Positions 28,201 through 36,743 are shown, numbered from the stretch's first letter. The stretch is DNA of 64,000 bases from Haliotis cracherodii (GCF_022045235.1 NW_027266297.1:40362001-40426000), one strand, 5' to 3'. The notes: a model not told the origin generated them from the letters alone. Made by a program: numbers and translations.

Positions 28201-31200
28201 CTTAAATTGTGAAACTAGAAGCAAAGGCGTAATGTAGAATGCGATTTGTAACGCGATACTAATAGCCAATGTCGTAGTTTAATTATAACACCAAAGGGGC
28301 GTGTTACGCGCTAAGGTGTAAAACCCGTAAAAAAGGTAAGTGTAGTTTATAAATTAACACACCACCTTGGGTTTTGTAAAGGAAAAAATTGTAGACCAAT
28401 GCTGTATGATATAACAAAACCCCAAGCCGTTTCTTAATGGCCTTGGTGTTACATGTATCAGCCCGTGGAACTACAATATGGACGCCATTACGGCCATTTG
28501 AATTCAAAGGTACCGTGCACGTGGCGTCAAACAATGCGAGGTATTACGCCTTTGCAATGAAAGAAATGTACCATACATACAGTTTGGTCAGCCATGGTTC
28601 TTGTCGAACGATAGATTTCTCTTATTTTGTCTTGTGTGAAAAATCAACACATCTGTCTCTTACAGATGACATAAGGAAAGTGATTTGGGTGAGAGTTGCT
28701 CCCCCTGGCGTGAGGCGCCGTTGGTGGTGAGGCCCCGTAAGGATGGTCGTAAATCATACAAAAACGAAGTTTTTTGTGTGGTAACATTTTTTATTAAGGA
28801 AAATGGTTACAACTTTGTCATGTAGATTTTCTTGAGCAAGGAAAATGCAATAAGTGCCCCAAGGAGGATTTAATCAGAAAGAGAATAAGCTATGCCCACC
28901 GAAGCGGACTACATTTATTACTACGTATGTATGCAGCATTAAATAACTAATTATTTTCCTTATAACCTTTATCACAACCTGCAACATGGCATCTAACACG
29001 TACCTGCCAAACTTCCGGTCAGCGTTCTGGATGCCACAGTCCTTCATTTCTGACACAAGGACAGTCTCAGTCAGTGGTGACAAGAACAGAAGACTTGTGT
29101 CAGACGGACGCTTCTGATTGGCTGCTACAGCTATCACCTGACCATCATGAGAGTAGCATGCGACATAGGCTCCCTTCGTGTTGATTGGCTGACAGCCAGT
29201 GCTGATGTTCTGTACAGGGTACTCAATGCAGCTCCACTCTGTGTGATAACTTGGAACACTGTGGACAGAATGGTAATGGTGAATTCACACATGGCCAACT
29301 GATAAACGAATAAGATAATACTCAGCATATAGGCTAAAACACACACCCTTGGTTCTGAAGCACCTGTCACCCTACAATTCTGTTTGATAAACAGGGGGAT
29401 AACCCAATATCCAAGGATGGTAACCATGGAGCTGCTATTGTAACTGGGGGCGGTCGGGTAGCCTAGTGGTTAAAGAGTTCACTCGTCACGCTGAAGACCA
29501 GGGTTCGATTCCCGACATGGGTACAATCTGTGAAGCCCATTTTGTGTCCCCCGCCGTGATATTGCTTGAATATTGCTAAAAGCGGCATAAAACCATACTC
29601 ACTCACTCACTATTGTAACTGTGGCGCCTGATGATGCGGCACCTGGTGGAGCGCCAAAGGTGAGGGGCTTGGAGATAAGCCTAGAGACTTAAGATCGACA
29701 GACACAATGGAATGAGGCAGATTTTGCCGATAAGCATCGGTGTCTGATGACAGTAGTCATGGTGACGTCATTGCCGAAGCGGTGCCATCATAGTACTCGT
29801 CGTACAGGGTCATGAGCAGACTGATGATCAGGGTGATGACCAGGGTGTGAGGCACTCCGCCCACATAGTGGGTGTCAGAGGGGACAAAGTGGGAGTGGTA
29901 ACCCTGAGGGCTCACCCACAAGATGACTGCATGCAGGTGTTCCTGAGGGTTGGGGGAGGCGACAGTCACAGGCTTGCGAGGAGGGCACAAAGCCTGGCAC
30001 TGGAGTTGTTGATGAGTCCTTTTGCGTAGTTTGGCTAGGTAGACGGTGAAGAGACAAGTGAGCACACTCGGTGCAACTCTAGACTAAGGCCCAGGGGACC
30101 CTGCAGTCAGGGCATAGACCATAGATCCTGGGCTGATGTCCTCCCATGACAGTCCATGCACTTGCAGAGAGGGCACAAGAGGTCATCATCGACCCCAGAC
30201 ACTGGCTCAGAGATGACCACCGCGTCCATAATTTCTCAATATCAAAACAGATCAGTGATCCCAAACAACAAACAAAGCCTATTCCAATCAAAATTTGAGA
30301 GCGTAGTAAAACATGTCCATCCAATACGGGTGATGAAGGAAACAGTGACAAGTAATACAGGAGCATGCTGGGAGCGAGGTGGTCTGAGGGTGTGTTCGGG
30401 TGAATGTTTTACATTGTTCTACACTATTATATGATCGCAGCAAGAAGGAAAATTGCTACTGTTGAGGAGGGATAAGTTAAAAATGAAAGGATTTCTTTCT
30501 TTTGCCTTACTTGAAACTTTAAAAGATGACAGTAACTCTATAATAGCTTCTGGCTGACCTGGTCAGTCTATGTGATGCTAGCATTACATCTTACCTGTCC
30601 TTGTATATGTTGTGGAACTCTGAGAATCTCAATAAGACTGTCGTCACACACAGCTTGTCTGCATTGTTGAAGGTCAGGGAGCACTGACAGCATTCACCAA
30701 GAACCTACACAGAGAGGTGTACTCATAGAAAACAGTCACATCAGTAAGTTTGGTCACCAAGAACCTACACAGAGAGGTGTACTCATAGAAAACAGTCACA
30801 TCCGTCAGTTTGGTCACCAAAAACCTACACAGAGGGGTGTACTCATAGAAAACAGTCACACCAGTCAGTTTGGTCACCAAGTGAGTGAATGACTGAGTAT
30901 GGTTTTATGCCGTTTTAGCAATATTACAGCAACATCACAGCGGGGGACACCATAAAATGGGCTTCAGACATTGTACCCATGTTGGGAATCGAACCCGGGT
31001 CTTCGGCGTGACGAGCGAACACTTTAACCACTAGGCTACCCGACCACCCTTTGGTCACCAAGAACCTTCACAGAGAGGTGTACTCATAGAAAACAGTCAC
31101 ATCCATCAGTTTGGTCACCAAGAACCTACACAGAGAGGTGTACTCATAGAAAACAGTCACATCCGTCAGTTTGGTCTCCAAGAACCTACACAGAGAGGTG

Positions 31201-34200
31201 TACTCATAGAAAACAGTCACATCCGTCAGTTTGGTCACCAAGAACCTACCAAGAGAGGTGTACTCATAGAAAACAGTCACATCAGTCAGTTTGGTCTCCA
31301 AGAACCTACACAGAGAGGTGTACTCATAGAAAACAGTCACATCAGTAAGTTTGGTCACCAAGAACCTACACAGAGAGGTGTACTCATAGAAAACAGTCAC
31401 ATCAGTCAGTTTGGTCACCAAGAGTGAGTGAGTGAGTATGGTTTTACGCCGCTTTTAGCAATATTCCAGCAATATCACGGCGGGGGACACCAGAAATGGG
31501 CTGGTCACCAAGAACCTACACAGAGAGGTGTACTCATAGAAAACAGTCACACCAGTCAGTTTGGTCACCAAGAACCTACACAGAGAGGTGTACTCACAGA
31601 AAACAGTCACACCAGTAAGTTTGGTCACCAAGAACCTACACAGAGAGGTGTACTCATAGAAAACAGTCACATCAGTCTGTTTGGTCACCAAGAACCTACA
31701 CAGAGAGGTGTACTCATAGAAAACAGTCACACCAGTCAGTTTGGTCACCAAGTGAGTGAATGACTGAGTATGGTTTTATGCCGTTTTAGCAATATTACAG
31801 CAACATCACAGCGGGGGACACCATAAAATGGGTTTCAGACATTGTACCCATGTTGGGAATCGAACCCGGGTCTTCGGCGTGACGAGCGAACACTTTAACC
31901 ACTAGGCTACCCGACCACCCCTTGGTCACCAAGAACCTACACAGAGAGGTGTACTCATAGAAAACAGTCACATCAGTCAGTTTGGTCATGGTCCCATTTA
32001 CAGTGAGAGAATTGAGAACATTTCAGTTGTGGCATGGTGTGTCAGCTTAATGAGGGTGAAAAACTGAAGAATTCACCTTGTAGACATTTCCTCTCAGTTG
32101 AAGGAACCCATAAACATTAGAACATTGTAACATTTTCCTGGATATCGGGGAGAAACAAGTGTTTCTTATCTAAAGATCTATGAAGAAATCTCTGATACAA
32201 TCAGTTTTTATTGTAAGTAATAGCTGTAGCATTAAGCTATTCAAATGTCCATTCACAAATCTTGGATAGCTTTAGTTTTGTATATCTTGTTCTATGAGGA
32301 TTAAAAAAATGAAAGAATCGGTTCTCAGGCAATGGCTTTCGAAAATATAGTGCGAGCGGAGGGGCAGTGTTTTGGGGGGGCTTGTTCAAACTAGTACGTA
32401 ACCAAATAAACAGTTGTGTGCCATCAAACTCCTATAGCTGCCATGACCATAACACGAGTTGTGCAGTAAAGCAGCGCGCCAAGCTCCTCACAGCGATAAT
32501 CCGTTCGCGGAGCTCTCTATACTATCGCTGCCACCAGTCAAAACTCCCCACTGTGAATAGGTGGCCACAACCATGCTTGGAGTTGAACTCGCAACCGACT
32601 GACCGTTATGTTTACAAACAATTGACGACTGTCGTGACACTTATGGCTGCTAAATTACTTTCTTCGTTTGTCAATTTGAATTTCTGTTTCATTAAAACTA
32701 TCATGTTATTGATATAGTAAGAATGTAAGGGAGAAGTTGGTTGATTTTCCGTTAGTCTGTTAGTCTCGAACCAATCTGATTATCAAAACAACCAAGTAAA
32801 TTCATCTTGAAAACATGGTCAGTCATAAACCTTTTCAAAATGAAATATAATGGCATTCCCAAAGACATAAACAAAAGTAAAAACTTTACTACATATGGGG
32901 TTAGAGGGCAAATTTCAAGATTCTTGTAATGGCTGCGCCCACACTGGTGACAGCGATGTTACCGAGAGTGTAACGAAGGTGTCACGCGCTGGGAAGGAGC
33001 CTGGCAGTGCGCATGTAAAGGGAAGTAACTGTGTGTCATATTGGATCTCACTGTTTTTAAGCATTAGAATTTTTTTTAAATGCGGACTGTGCCTAAGATC
33101 ATGGTGTCAATGTTTGTAGGTCAGCAAGATGTGTGGCAGGTTCCATCACACTCACCTGGCTGGAGTAGAAGATGGCAGCCACACTGGTCTCCCGGCACTC
33201 TGGTGATGCCAGGGGAATCTTGTTGGGGATGTTCACCCGTGTCCATGCCCCTGCCAGTGTAGCTGATTTAGTGGACCCGAAACTATCGTTTGGGTCTTGT
33301 TGCCAGAGGAAGATCTGAGACCAGTTGATGACAACCAGGGCCCGGGAGCAGTCATCTGCTACAACCAACTTGCTGGTGCCTGAAACAAAGGAGTGTGAGT
33401 GAGTGAGTGAGTTGGGTTTAACGCCGCTTTTAACAGTATTCCAGTTATATCGCTGTGTGTCAGCATGGGTATGGTGCTAACAAACCTAGAAACATAATCG
33501 AGGTGAACCGGGATTCGAACCAACTATCATAGGTTCCTGGAGTGCCCAAGGGATCCAACTCTGCACAGAGAATCGCGGAGCTTAAGACAACTGGGCCACC
33601 CGTGCCCCCATAAAGCAAAGGAAGAATGTGTACATATGGAATATTATAGCAGAAATTTACTGTTGACAAGATTCACCTCATTTAAAATCAGGTCTGAGCT
33701 AATCCAGTCACAATCTCATGGAAGGAGATAGCATCAATGTTTTTTGTTCTGGCTCTTGGTCATTTCACAAATATTTTTTCTGATATCAAACATTGTTTAA
33801 CAATAAAGTCAGCACTTCCACCAGAAAACACCAGAAATGCAGGACAGACGTAGGATGTTACCTGGTTTGAGTTTGTCTATGGAGACATGGTTCACGAGTC
33901 CTGTCACCATCTTCAGGCTGTCCCTGTCTTTGTGCCACACAAACAGATCTCCAGACCGCATCAGACCCACCAGGAACAGACCTGCAAGTGGGTGAGGAAA
34001 ACAAAGGTGAAAACGGATTTTCATGTGTTTCTCTTAATCTGTGTTGTGTTTTCTGAGAGAAATGTTTCCCCTGCACACTCATATTAACAGATGCTTAAAC
34101 AAAACATATTATTTAATTTAATCTAACATTGATTGATTGATTGATTGAGTATGGTTTTATGCCACTTTTAGCAATGATCCAACAATATCACAGTGGGGGA

Positions 34201-36495
34201 CACCAGAAACGGGGCTCACACATTGTACCCATGTGGGGAATCAAATCCTAGCTTTCGGCGTGACTAGTGAACGCCCTAACCACTAGGCTACCCTACCGCC
34301 CCTGTAATCTACCATGTCTTCATGATCATTCTTAAGCTTGGTGCAATCGACCATTCTGTCTGTTCTCAATTTTATCAAATATCACAGAAACATCTTGTTC
34401 AGAATATTCTTACACTCTGATGAAGAAACCCAATCCATGCAAGAGAAAACATTCTACTCAACTGTCGCCATGTTAATGCTTACCATTCTTTGTATGTGTG
34501 AGATGGACTGCTTCCCCAACAAGGGGAGATAATGCTGGAACCTTCCTCTTTGTCTTGCCTGACGGCACGTACAGCACACTGATCCGCCCGATGTCAAGGA
34601 GGAACAAGCTCTCCTTCTCCTGGAACAAGGCACTCTCAGAATTACGGCAGACACAGGTACAGAATAGTTCAATATATTCTGTAAACAGTTACCATATTTT
34701 CTTGAGTATAGTGTGCACCAATGTATAATGCGCACCCCCCTCTAGCGGATTCAGTATTTTGGGGAAAAAATAGATTCGCTTATCAAACGCAGAAAAAAAT
34801 TACACCATACCCCTTCAGCAAAGTCCGGTACGAACGGGTGATGAGAAACTTGGTCAGTACAAATTCTAAATTTGAGATAAAAAAATCACCAGACATGTTG
34901 ATTTACTGTTTAATTTGTATTTTTTGTTCTGCTAGGCATTGTTTTCCATCCAGGGATTAAGATTACCTTGTGTATCAGCAATCAGCTGTACACACGTTTT
35001 CTTGGAATCTACCGGTGATTCAGTCAAGACACACCCAATGATATAAATTTACAGGATTTTAATGCAAGGATCGCAAAAATTGTATCTGAAACTATTTTTT
35101 TTATCAGGAATAATATATTCCCTGGTAATCATTGTTTCCGACTGCCACAGTCAGATCATTTTGTGCTATTGCAGCTGGTGTCTTTCCTTAAAGTATTGGG
35201 TGAGTTTGCTAATATGTAAGCCAACAACTTAAAATTATTTGGTATCAAGTTTTCAGCTGGTTGCTATATACATTTCTAAATGAGATTTGTGCACATTGAA
35301 TACTGATAACTCAACAATATATGTTTAGTAGCCAAGGAAGTGATGATCACCTTTCTGCATATTTATGGCATTGCATATTTGTCCACAGAATCATCTCTTA
35401 TTAGTTACTAAACTGTGTTGCGTACACCAATCTCATTAAAATCAGATCTTAGTTCTAACTACCACCAACCAAAGATCTTAGCACATCCCATTACGGGTCA
35501 TGTTAGAACTACCTTTCATCTGACCAATCAGAGCATCGCTTACCAGATCAGGAAGTTACAGCCAGAATGTGTTTTCTAATCATGCAACCTTGAAAAGTTT
35601 AAAATGGTGTATTCCGAAAGACAGTTATGACTGTACGACCGATTCCATCAAAATCATTGTCTATTTCTTGTTCAGTGGGATAAACATTTGAATGGAAGAG
35701 ACTTTGCATTGCCTTTTGGAAGTACTGCCATACAATCTCGGCCATCTATTAGACATTCCAGTATGTTCTTTTGTTTTCACATTTTTAATCAAGAACATTG
35801 TCAACATATTTTTCAAGCATAATCTGAAATGGAAGTCGAAAGTTTAAAACTAGTGCCATAAAGCTTGAGTGAGTGAGTGAGTGAGTATGGTTGCAGCCAC
35901 TTTTAGCAATATTCCAGCAATATCACGGCGGGGGACACCACAAATCGGCTTCACACATTGTACCCATGTTAGGAATCGAACCCGGGTCTTCGGCGTGACA
36001 AGCGAATGCTTTAACCACGAGGCTACCCGACTGCCCCCCATAAAGCTCGAGAAAGCTGATTTCAGATTGGCTGATGTCAACTTCTTGTTAGTCATTTCAT
36101 TGGGTGGTCAAAGTTTGTGAAAGGTCGTTGTGACGTGACCTGTAATTGGATGTCCTCAGATCTTTACTTAGCAGAAGTGAGAACAAAAGATCTTAATGCA
36201 GTTGTGAATGCGCTGAACAAGGGAATTCCATTGAGACATGTCGATGACACAAGACACTGACAGTGTGGAAGCCTTTTACTTGTGCTGCATGATGACCATT
36301 AATATGTTTGGCACAAATATAAACATGATAATTAGGATAATAATTAGGGCCATTGTACATTGCATGTCTTCAAGTATGATGCTAGCTGTACAAGATGCTG
36401 ATGTATCCACTCACCTGCCCTGCCCAGACAATCTGTGGCCATGGCTTCCTGCGCTTGATGCTGGTAGAGGCCAACACATCGATGTCCAGCTTCAT
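1204..36495 (-). CDS. CPLANE1: CPLANE1 (ciliogenesis and planar polarity effector 1 / C5orf42 / JBTS17) ortholog; span of 22 traced coding exons, 3' end lies beyond the left edge
   Basis: Spliced translation starts MKLDIDVLASTSIKRRKPWPQIVWAGQ-EKESLFLLD..., which I recognise as the CPLANE1 N-terminus. Later motifs also match: YWVSSMSWTCDNLFLACIL, FSVSTHPSLPIILFSDGY, MARFMAAYF, WTVERTLEYLLLSGL..GDWK, YLPAPPLYCPQP. All junctions are GT-AG and phase-compatible. Confidence 0.93.
1996..2810 (-). CDS. CPLANE1: CPLANE1 coding exon 21 (815 nt)
   Basis: In frame with ORF 1992..2837 (VQHKSLMAMM..., PLLHL and PLLKM motifs); tgccag| ... AG|gtaaag. Confidence 0.8.
3443..3839. mobile_element. hAT-type MITE
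   Basis: TIR tagggctgggacg / cgtcccagcctta; 8-bp TSD ctggacac/ctggacat; subterminal acccgggt motifs. Confidence 0.85.
3949..4276 (-). CDS. CPLANE1: CPLANE1 coding exon 20 (328 nt)
   Basis: In frame with ORF 3880..4248 (LQNIVRSEMRRIME); tttcag| ... GAG|gtcagt. Confidence 0.8.
4550..4630 (-). CDS. CPLANE1: CPLANE1 coding exon 19 (81 nt)
   Basis: SRDDSSSIDVSSLASDELDGGQLSIIR; caacag| ... GG|gtaggt; phase 2-2. Confidence 0.65.
5094..6634 (-). CDS. CPLANE1: CPLANE1 coding exon 18 (1541 nt)
   Basis: Extends ORF 5090..6553 (CFTNLQWAVHLLAFSRF..VLSLLLELPP..ILAEYF); ttgtag| ... AG|gtgagt. Confidence 0.88.
7348..7587 (-). CDS. CPLANE1: CPLANE1 coding exon 17 (240 nt)
   Basis: ...LSAFRDVCCVVWMLHARDKLSLCLRQRQ; cctcag| ... 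AAG|gtcagt. Confidence 0.88.
8128..8295 (-). CDS. CPLANE1: CPLANE1 coding exon 16 (168 nt)
   Basis: ESVRSAVGMEMQLRRKAASLIQLMLSFLQASHLSLHVTHWYVTRL; ccacag| ... AAG|gtcagt. Confidence 0.85.
8310..8460. repeat. 51-bp tandem repeat (~3 copies) just upstream of the exon 16 acceptor
   Basis: tcagcaaacagcaccatcttcacatacaacagtgggcgttcccaggcccta repeated. Confidence 0.85.
8574..8920 (-). mobile_element. tRNA-headed SINE family 2 (~330 bp; core resembles Meta-type SINEs, tentative)
   Basis: A/B boxes at the head; approximate TSD; homologous to 21150-21444 and 37282-37540. Confidence 0.8.
9316..9479 (-). mobile_element. tRNA-derived SINE family 1 (~165 bp, (ACTC)n tail)
   Basis: A box TAGCCTAGTGG, B box GGTT(C/T)GATTCC, GTC anticodon-like loop; TSD cacaagtttga. 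Confidence 0.9.
9650..10693. repeat. ~107-bp tandem array (~9-10 copies) of the 3' end of exon 15 plus its splice donor
   Basis: Gene-strand unit: gtgagtcttaactgaag + 90 nt encoding TVVSELPPLVPKDFYPFAPLYCPQPSATSK. Confidence 0.95.
10694..10920 (-). CDS. CPLANE1: CPLANE1 coding exon 15 (227 nt)
   Basis: ...LVPKDFYLPAPPLYCPQPSATSK; ttccag| ... AAG|gtgagt. Confidence 0.9.
11030..11154 (-). CDS. CPLANE1: CPLANE1 coding exon 14 (125 nt)
   Basis: KRKPLTLPDSLLPGNILQRKLGMLLG; atatag| ... G|gtatgt; phase 2-1. Confidence 0.8.
11499..12211. mobile_element. Tc1/mariner-pogo-type MITE
   Basis: TA|cagtcaagtcttgttaatc ... gattaacgggacttgaccg|TA. Confidence 0.8.
12230..12455 (-). CDS. CPLANE1: CPLANE1 coding exon 13 (226 nt)
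   Basis: RIIPQYHEDITGVIRQHKLGSVWTVERTLEYLLLSGLACEATWFADKMGDWK; tttcag| ... AA|gtaggt. Confidence 0.9.
13130..13400. repeat. Degenerate ~20-bp minisatellite
   Basis: Recurring aaactgcatgacaata..tt units. Confidence 0.7.
13458..13629 (-). CDS. CPLANE1: CPLANE1 coding exon 12 (172 nt)
   Basis: LVQTMARFMAAYFSNQTVYVFPPH motif; ttgcag| ... A|gtatgt. Confidence 0.92.
14060..15398. repeat. 78/71-bp tandem array (~18 copies) of the end of exon 11 plus its splice donor
   Basis: Unit ends ...ATAGTGGCCAGTACTCTCAAGACACTG|gtaggtcag, matching the exon 11 junction. Confidence 0.95.
15399..15616 (-). CDS. CPLANE1: CPLANE1 coding exon 11 (218 nt)
   Basis: AKEDSNKAARLLHSLLYTYLIRGELLTAVDFVD...LKTL; gttcag| ... 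CTG|gtaggt; phase 1-0. Confidence 0.82.
16480..16554 (-). CDS. CPLANE1: CPLANE1 coding exon 10 (75 nt)
   Basis: GDRHSLDGHHTQAVNAWSKQLKAIG; ttgcag| ... G|gtgagt; phase 1-1. Confidence 0.75.
16741..19077. repeat. 49-bp (45-bp variant) tandem array (~48 copies) of the end of exon 9 plus its splice donor
   Basis: Plus-strand unit gactcaccatggctgatcctgggagacagctactgctgtatggatgtaa = TCTCCCAGGATCAGCCATG|gtgagtc on the gene strand. Confidence 0.97.
19078..19250 (-). CDS. CPLANE1: CPLANE1 coding exon 9 (173 nt)
   Basis: RLSATWMMLYKNLVHFQ...SPRISH; ttccag| ... ATG|gtgagt; phase 2-1. Confidence 0.82.
19440..19780. mobile_element. pogo/Tigger-type MITE containing a SINE
   Basis: TA|cagtaaact ... agtttactg|TA; related to 42674-42849. 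Confidence 0.78.
19511..19680 (-). mobile_element. SINE family 1, nested in a MITE
   Basis: Same consensus; TSD acagttcatta. Confidence 0.88.
19853..20962 (-). CDS. CPLANE1: CPLANE1 coding exon 8 (1110 nt)
   Basis: Contains ORF 19849..20937 (DPLQQIFSVSTHPSLPIILFSDGYMVTV); ttttag| ... AG|gtgagg. Confidence 0.9.
21150..21444 (-). mobile_element. SINE family 2
   Basis: Homologous to 8574-8920; TSD tctacaagaaga. Confidence 0.82.
21623..21805 (-). CDS. CPLANE1: CPLANE1 coding exon 7 (183 nt)
   Basis: CYWVSSMSWTCDNLFLACILRNGSICLVSRLGEPISIQTSGCSIDLGPSRFIPIHP; tttcag| ... CA|gtaagt. Confidence 0.92.
21935..22192 (-). mobile_element. SINE family 3 (V-domain-like core, (AAAC)n tail); other pieces at 4322-4465, 41480-41785, 46198-46290, 47490-47575
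   Basis: Shared ctgtaaataatcgagtctggaccagacaatccagtgattgac and CCCATGCTTG.CGTAA.AGGCGACTAA motifs. Confidence 0.75.
22649..22853. repeat. DIRS 3' inverted terminal repeat (with terminal extension 22612-22648)
   Basis: Reverse complement of 28667-28871, 4 mismatches by my alignment. Confidence 0.95.
22886..22980. other. DIRS internal complementary region (ICR)
   Basis: First half is the reverse complement of 22612-22666; second half is the reverse complement of 28847-28886; the halves join at ...gtaaaATTctcttt. Confidence 0.93.
23500..24560 (-). pseudogene. DIRS tyrosine recombinase (frameshifts, in-frame stop)
   Basis: VLEFLQ..STVRGYSTAIAAFH..HPLVQRFLAG..PPWDL..TAFLVVVTSGRRVGDI; H-x-x-R motif read as KAH*VRAVAAS with TAG at 23631. 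Confidence 0.9.
24560..25340 (-). pseudogene. DIRS RNase H plus N6-adenine-methyltransferase-like domain
   Basis: TDTSLSGWGG..HINVLELRAV..DNQTAMTYIRKQGG..YLPGVDNVRTDALSR, then VDLFAS...DGFQLDW...WAFPP..LI.KVL. Confidence 0.88.
25375..26260 (-). pseudogene. DIRS reverse transcriptase (frameshifted, apparent N-terminal deletion)
   Basis: WLTSIDL / AYLHIPIHPEFKKYLRF..YQFRVLPFG..APRVFTKLM..HPYLDDWL, split across frames. Confidence 0.92.
26300..28170 (-). pseudogene. DIRS gag-like ORF1 region with ~185-bp internal triplication (27110-27660)
   Basis: GC-rich low-complexity coding-like region upstream of RT; gctagggaaaattgtgcgtc recurs three times. Confidence 0.6.
28667..28886. repeat. DIRS 5' inverted terminal repeat
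   Basis: Reverse complement of 22649-22853; its outer end is complementary to the second half of the ICR. Confidence 0.95.
29004..29258 (-). CDS. CPLANE1: CPLANE1 coding exon 6 (255 nt)
   Basis: SVPSYHTEW...GAYVACYSHDGQVIAVAANQKRP...; ccacag| ... AG|gtacgt. Confidence 0.88.
29446..29609 (+). mobile_element. SINE family 1
   Basis: Same consensus; TSD ctattgtaactg. Confidence 0.9.
30595..30704 (-). CDS. CPLANE1: CPLANE1 coding exon 5 (110 nt)
   Basis: VLGECCQCSLTFNNADKLCVTTVLLRF; gtgtag| ... AG|gtaaga. Confidence 0.88.
30881..31049 (-). mobile_element. SINE family 1 inside the 60-bp array
   Basis: Same consensus; flanked by ttggtcaccaa. Confidence 0.9.
31751..31921 (-). mobile_element. SINE family 1 inside the 60-bp array (near-identical to 30881-31049); a partial copy lies at 31422-31500
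   Basis: Shares private variants (gaatgactgag, attacagc, cataaaatgg, aacacttt) with 30881-31049. Confidence 0.9.
33156..33379 (-). CDS. CPLANE1: CPLANE1 coding exon 4 (224 nt)
   Basis: GTSKLVVADDCSRALVVINWSQIFLW...GAWTRV...FYSSQ; tttcag| ... CAG|gtgagt. Confidence 0.9.
33392..33609 (-). mobile_element. SINE family 4 (extended tRNA-like head, (ACTC)n tail)
   Basis: Homologous to 46485-46760 (+) and probably 1280-1530 (-). Confidence 0.65.
33862..33981 (-). CDS. CPLANE1: CPLANE1 coding exon 3 (120 nt)
   Basis: GLFLVGLMRSGDLFVWHKDRDSLKMV...; ttgcag| ... G|gtaaca; phase 1-1. Confidence 0.9.
34147..34302 (-). mobile_element. SINE family 1
   Basis: Same consensus, diverged. Confidence 0.85.
34484..34619 (-). 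CDS. CPLANE1: CPLANE1 coding exon 2 (136 nt)
   Basis: EKESLFLLDIGRISVLYVPSGKTKRKVPALSPLV...; ttccag| ... G|gtaagc. Confidence 0.92.
35867..36038 (-). mobile_element. SINE family 1
   Basis: Same consensus; TSD ataaagct. Confidence 0.9.
36415..36495 (-). CDS. CPLANE1: CPLANE1 coding exon 1 (81 nt)
   Basis: MKLDIDVLASTSIKRRKPWPQIVWAGQ; acceptor ctgcag 2 nt before the ATG; donor CAG|gtgagt. Confidence 0.92.
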
Positions 36496-36743
36496 GGCTG
36501 CAGGACAGAAGTGACCCTCGGCTTTACTGACCTACACCATCTGAAAGGTGCACATGCCCTGTACAGGAAACTCACACAAAAATATGACTGTAACATAGAA
36601 GTGTTGCGTTATTGACGACATACTTGTGTTTCACTACATTATCTAATGAAACTTCTGCCTGTGCAAAAATGTGCAAAAAGCTAATTCTATCTCACAGTTA
36701 ATTGTCAGCGGGAGACTAGACTCAGACAATTGGTAGTCTTAGC

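Larger units (their letters stand above)
22612..28886 (-). mobile_element. DIRS1-like tyrosine-recombinase retrotransposon, full-length, with disrupted ORFs
   Basis: ~205-bp inverted terminal repeats, an ICR complementary to both termini, and gag-like, RT (YLDD), RNase H, methyltransferase and YR coding remnants in DIRS order. Confidence 0.95.
30705..31990. repeat. 60-bp tandem array (~14 copies, interrupted by SINEs) of the exon 5 splice acceptor
   Basis: Gene-strand unit ...gtacacctctctgtgtag|GTTCTTGGTGAccaaac; exon 5 starts GTTCTTGGTGAATG. Confidence 0.95.

Noticed and set aside
29446-29520. tRNA-Asp genes here and at similar loci
   Set aside because: The tRNA-like head continues into a shared body, an (ACTC)n tail and TSDs, and the acceptor stem is incomplete, so these are SINEs
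29620-29670. Hammerhead ribozyme cores (CTGATGA here and at 22643, 34417, 40141)
   Set aside because: No correctly placed stem II plus GAAA with flanking stems found by eye
31068-31989. ORFs (VTKLTDVTVFYEYTSLCRFL)n
   Set aside because: Translations of the 60-bp repeat in a frame different from exon 5
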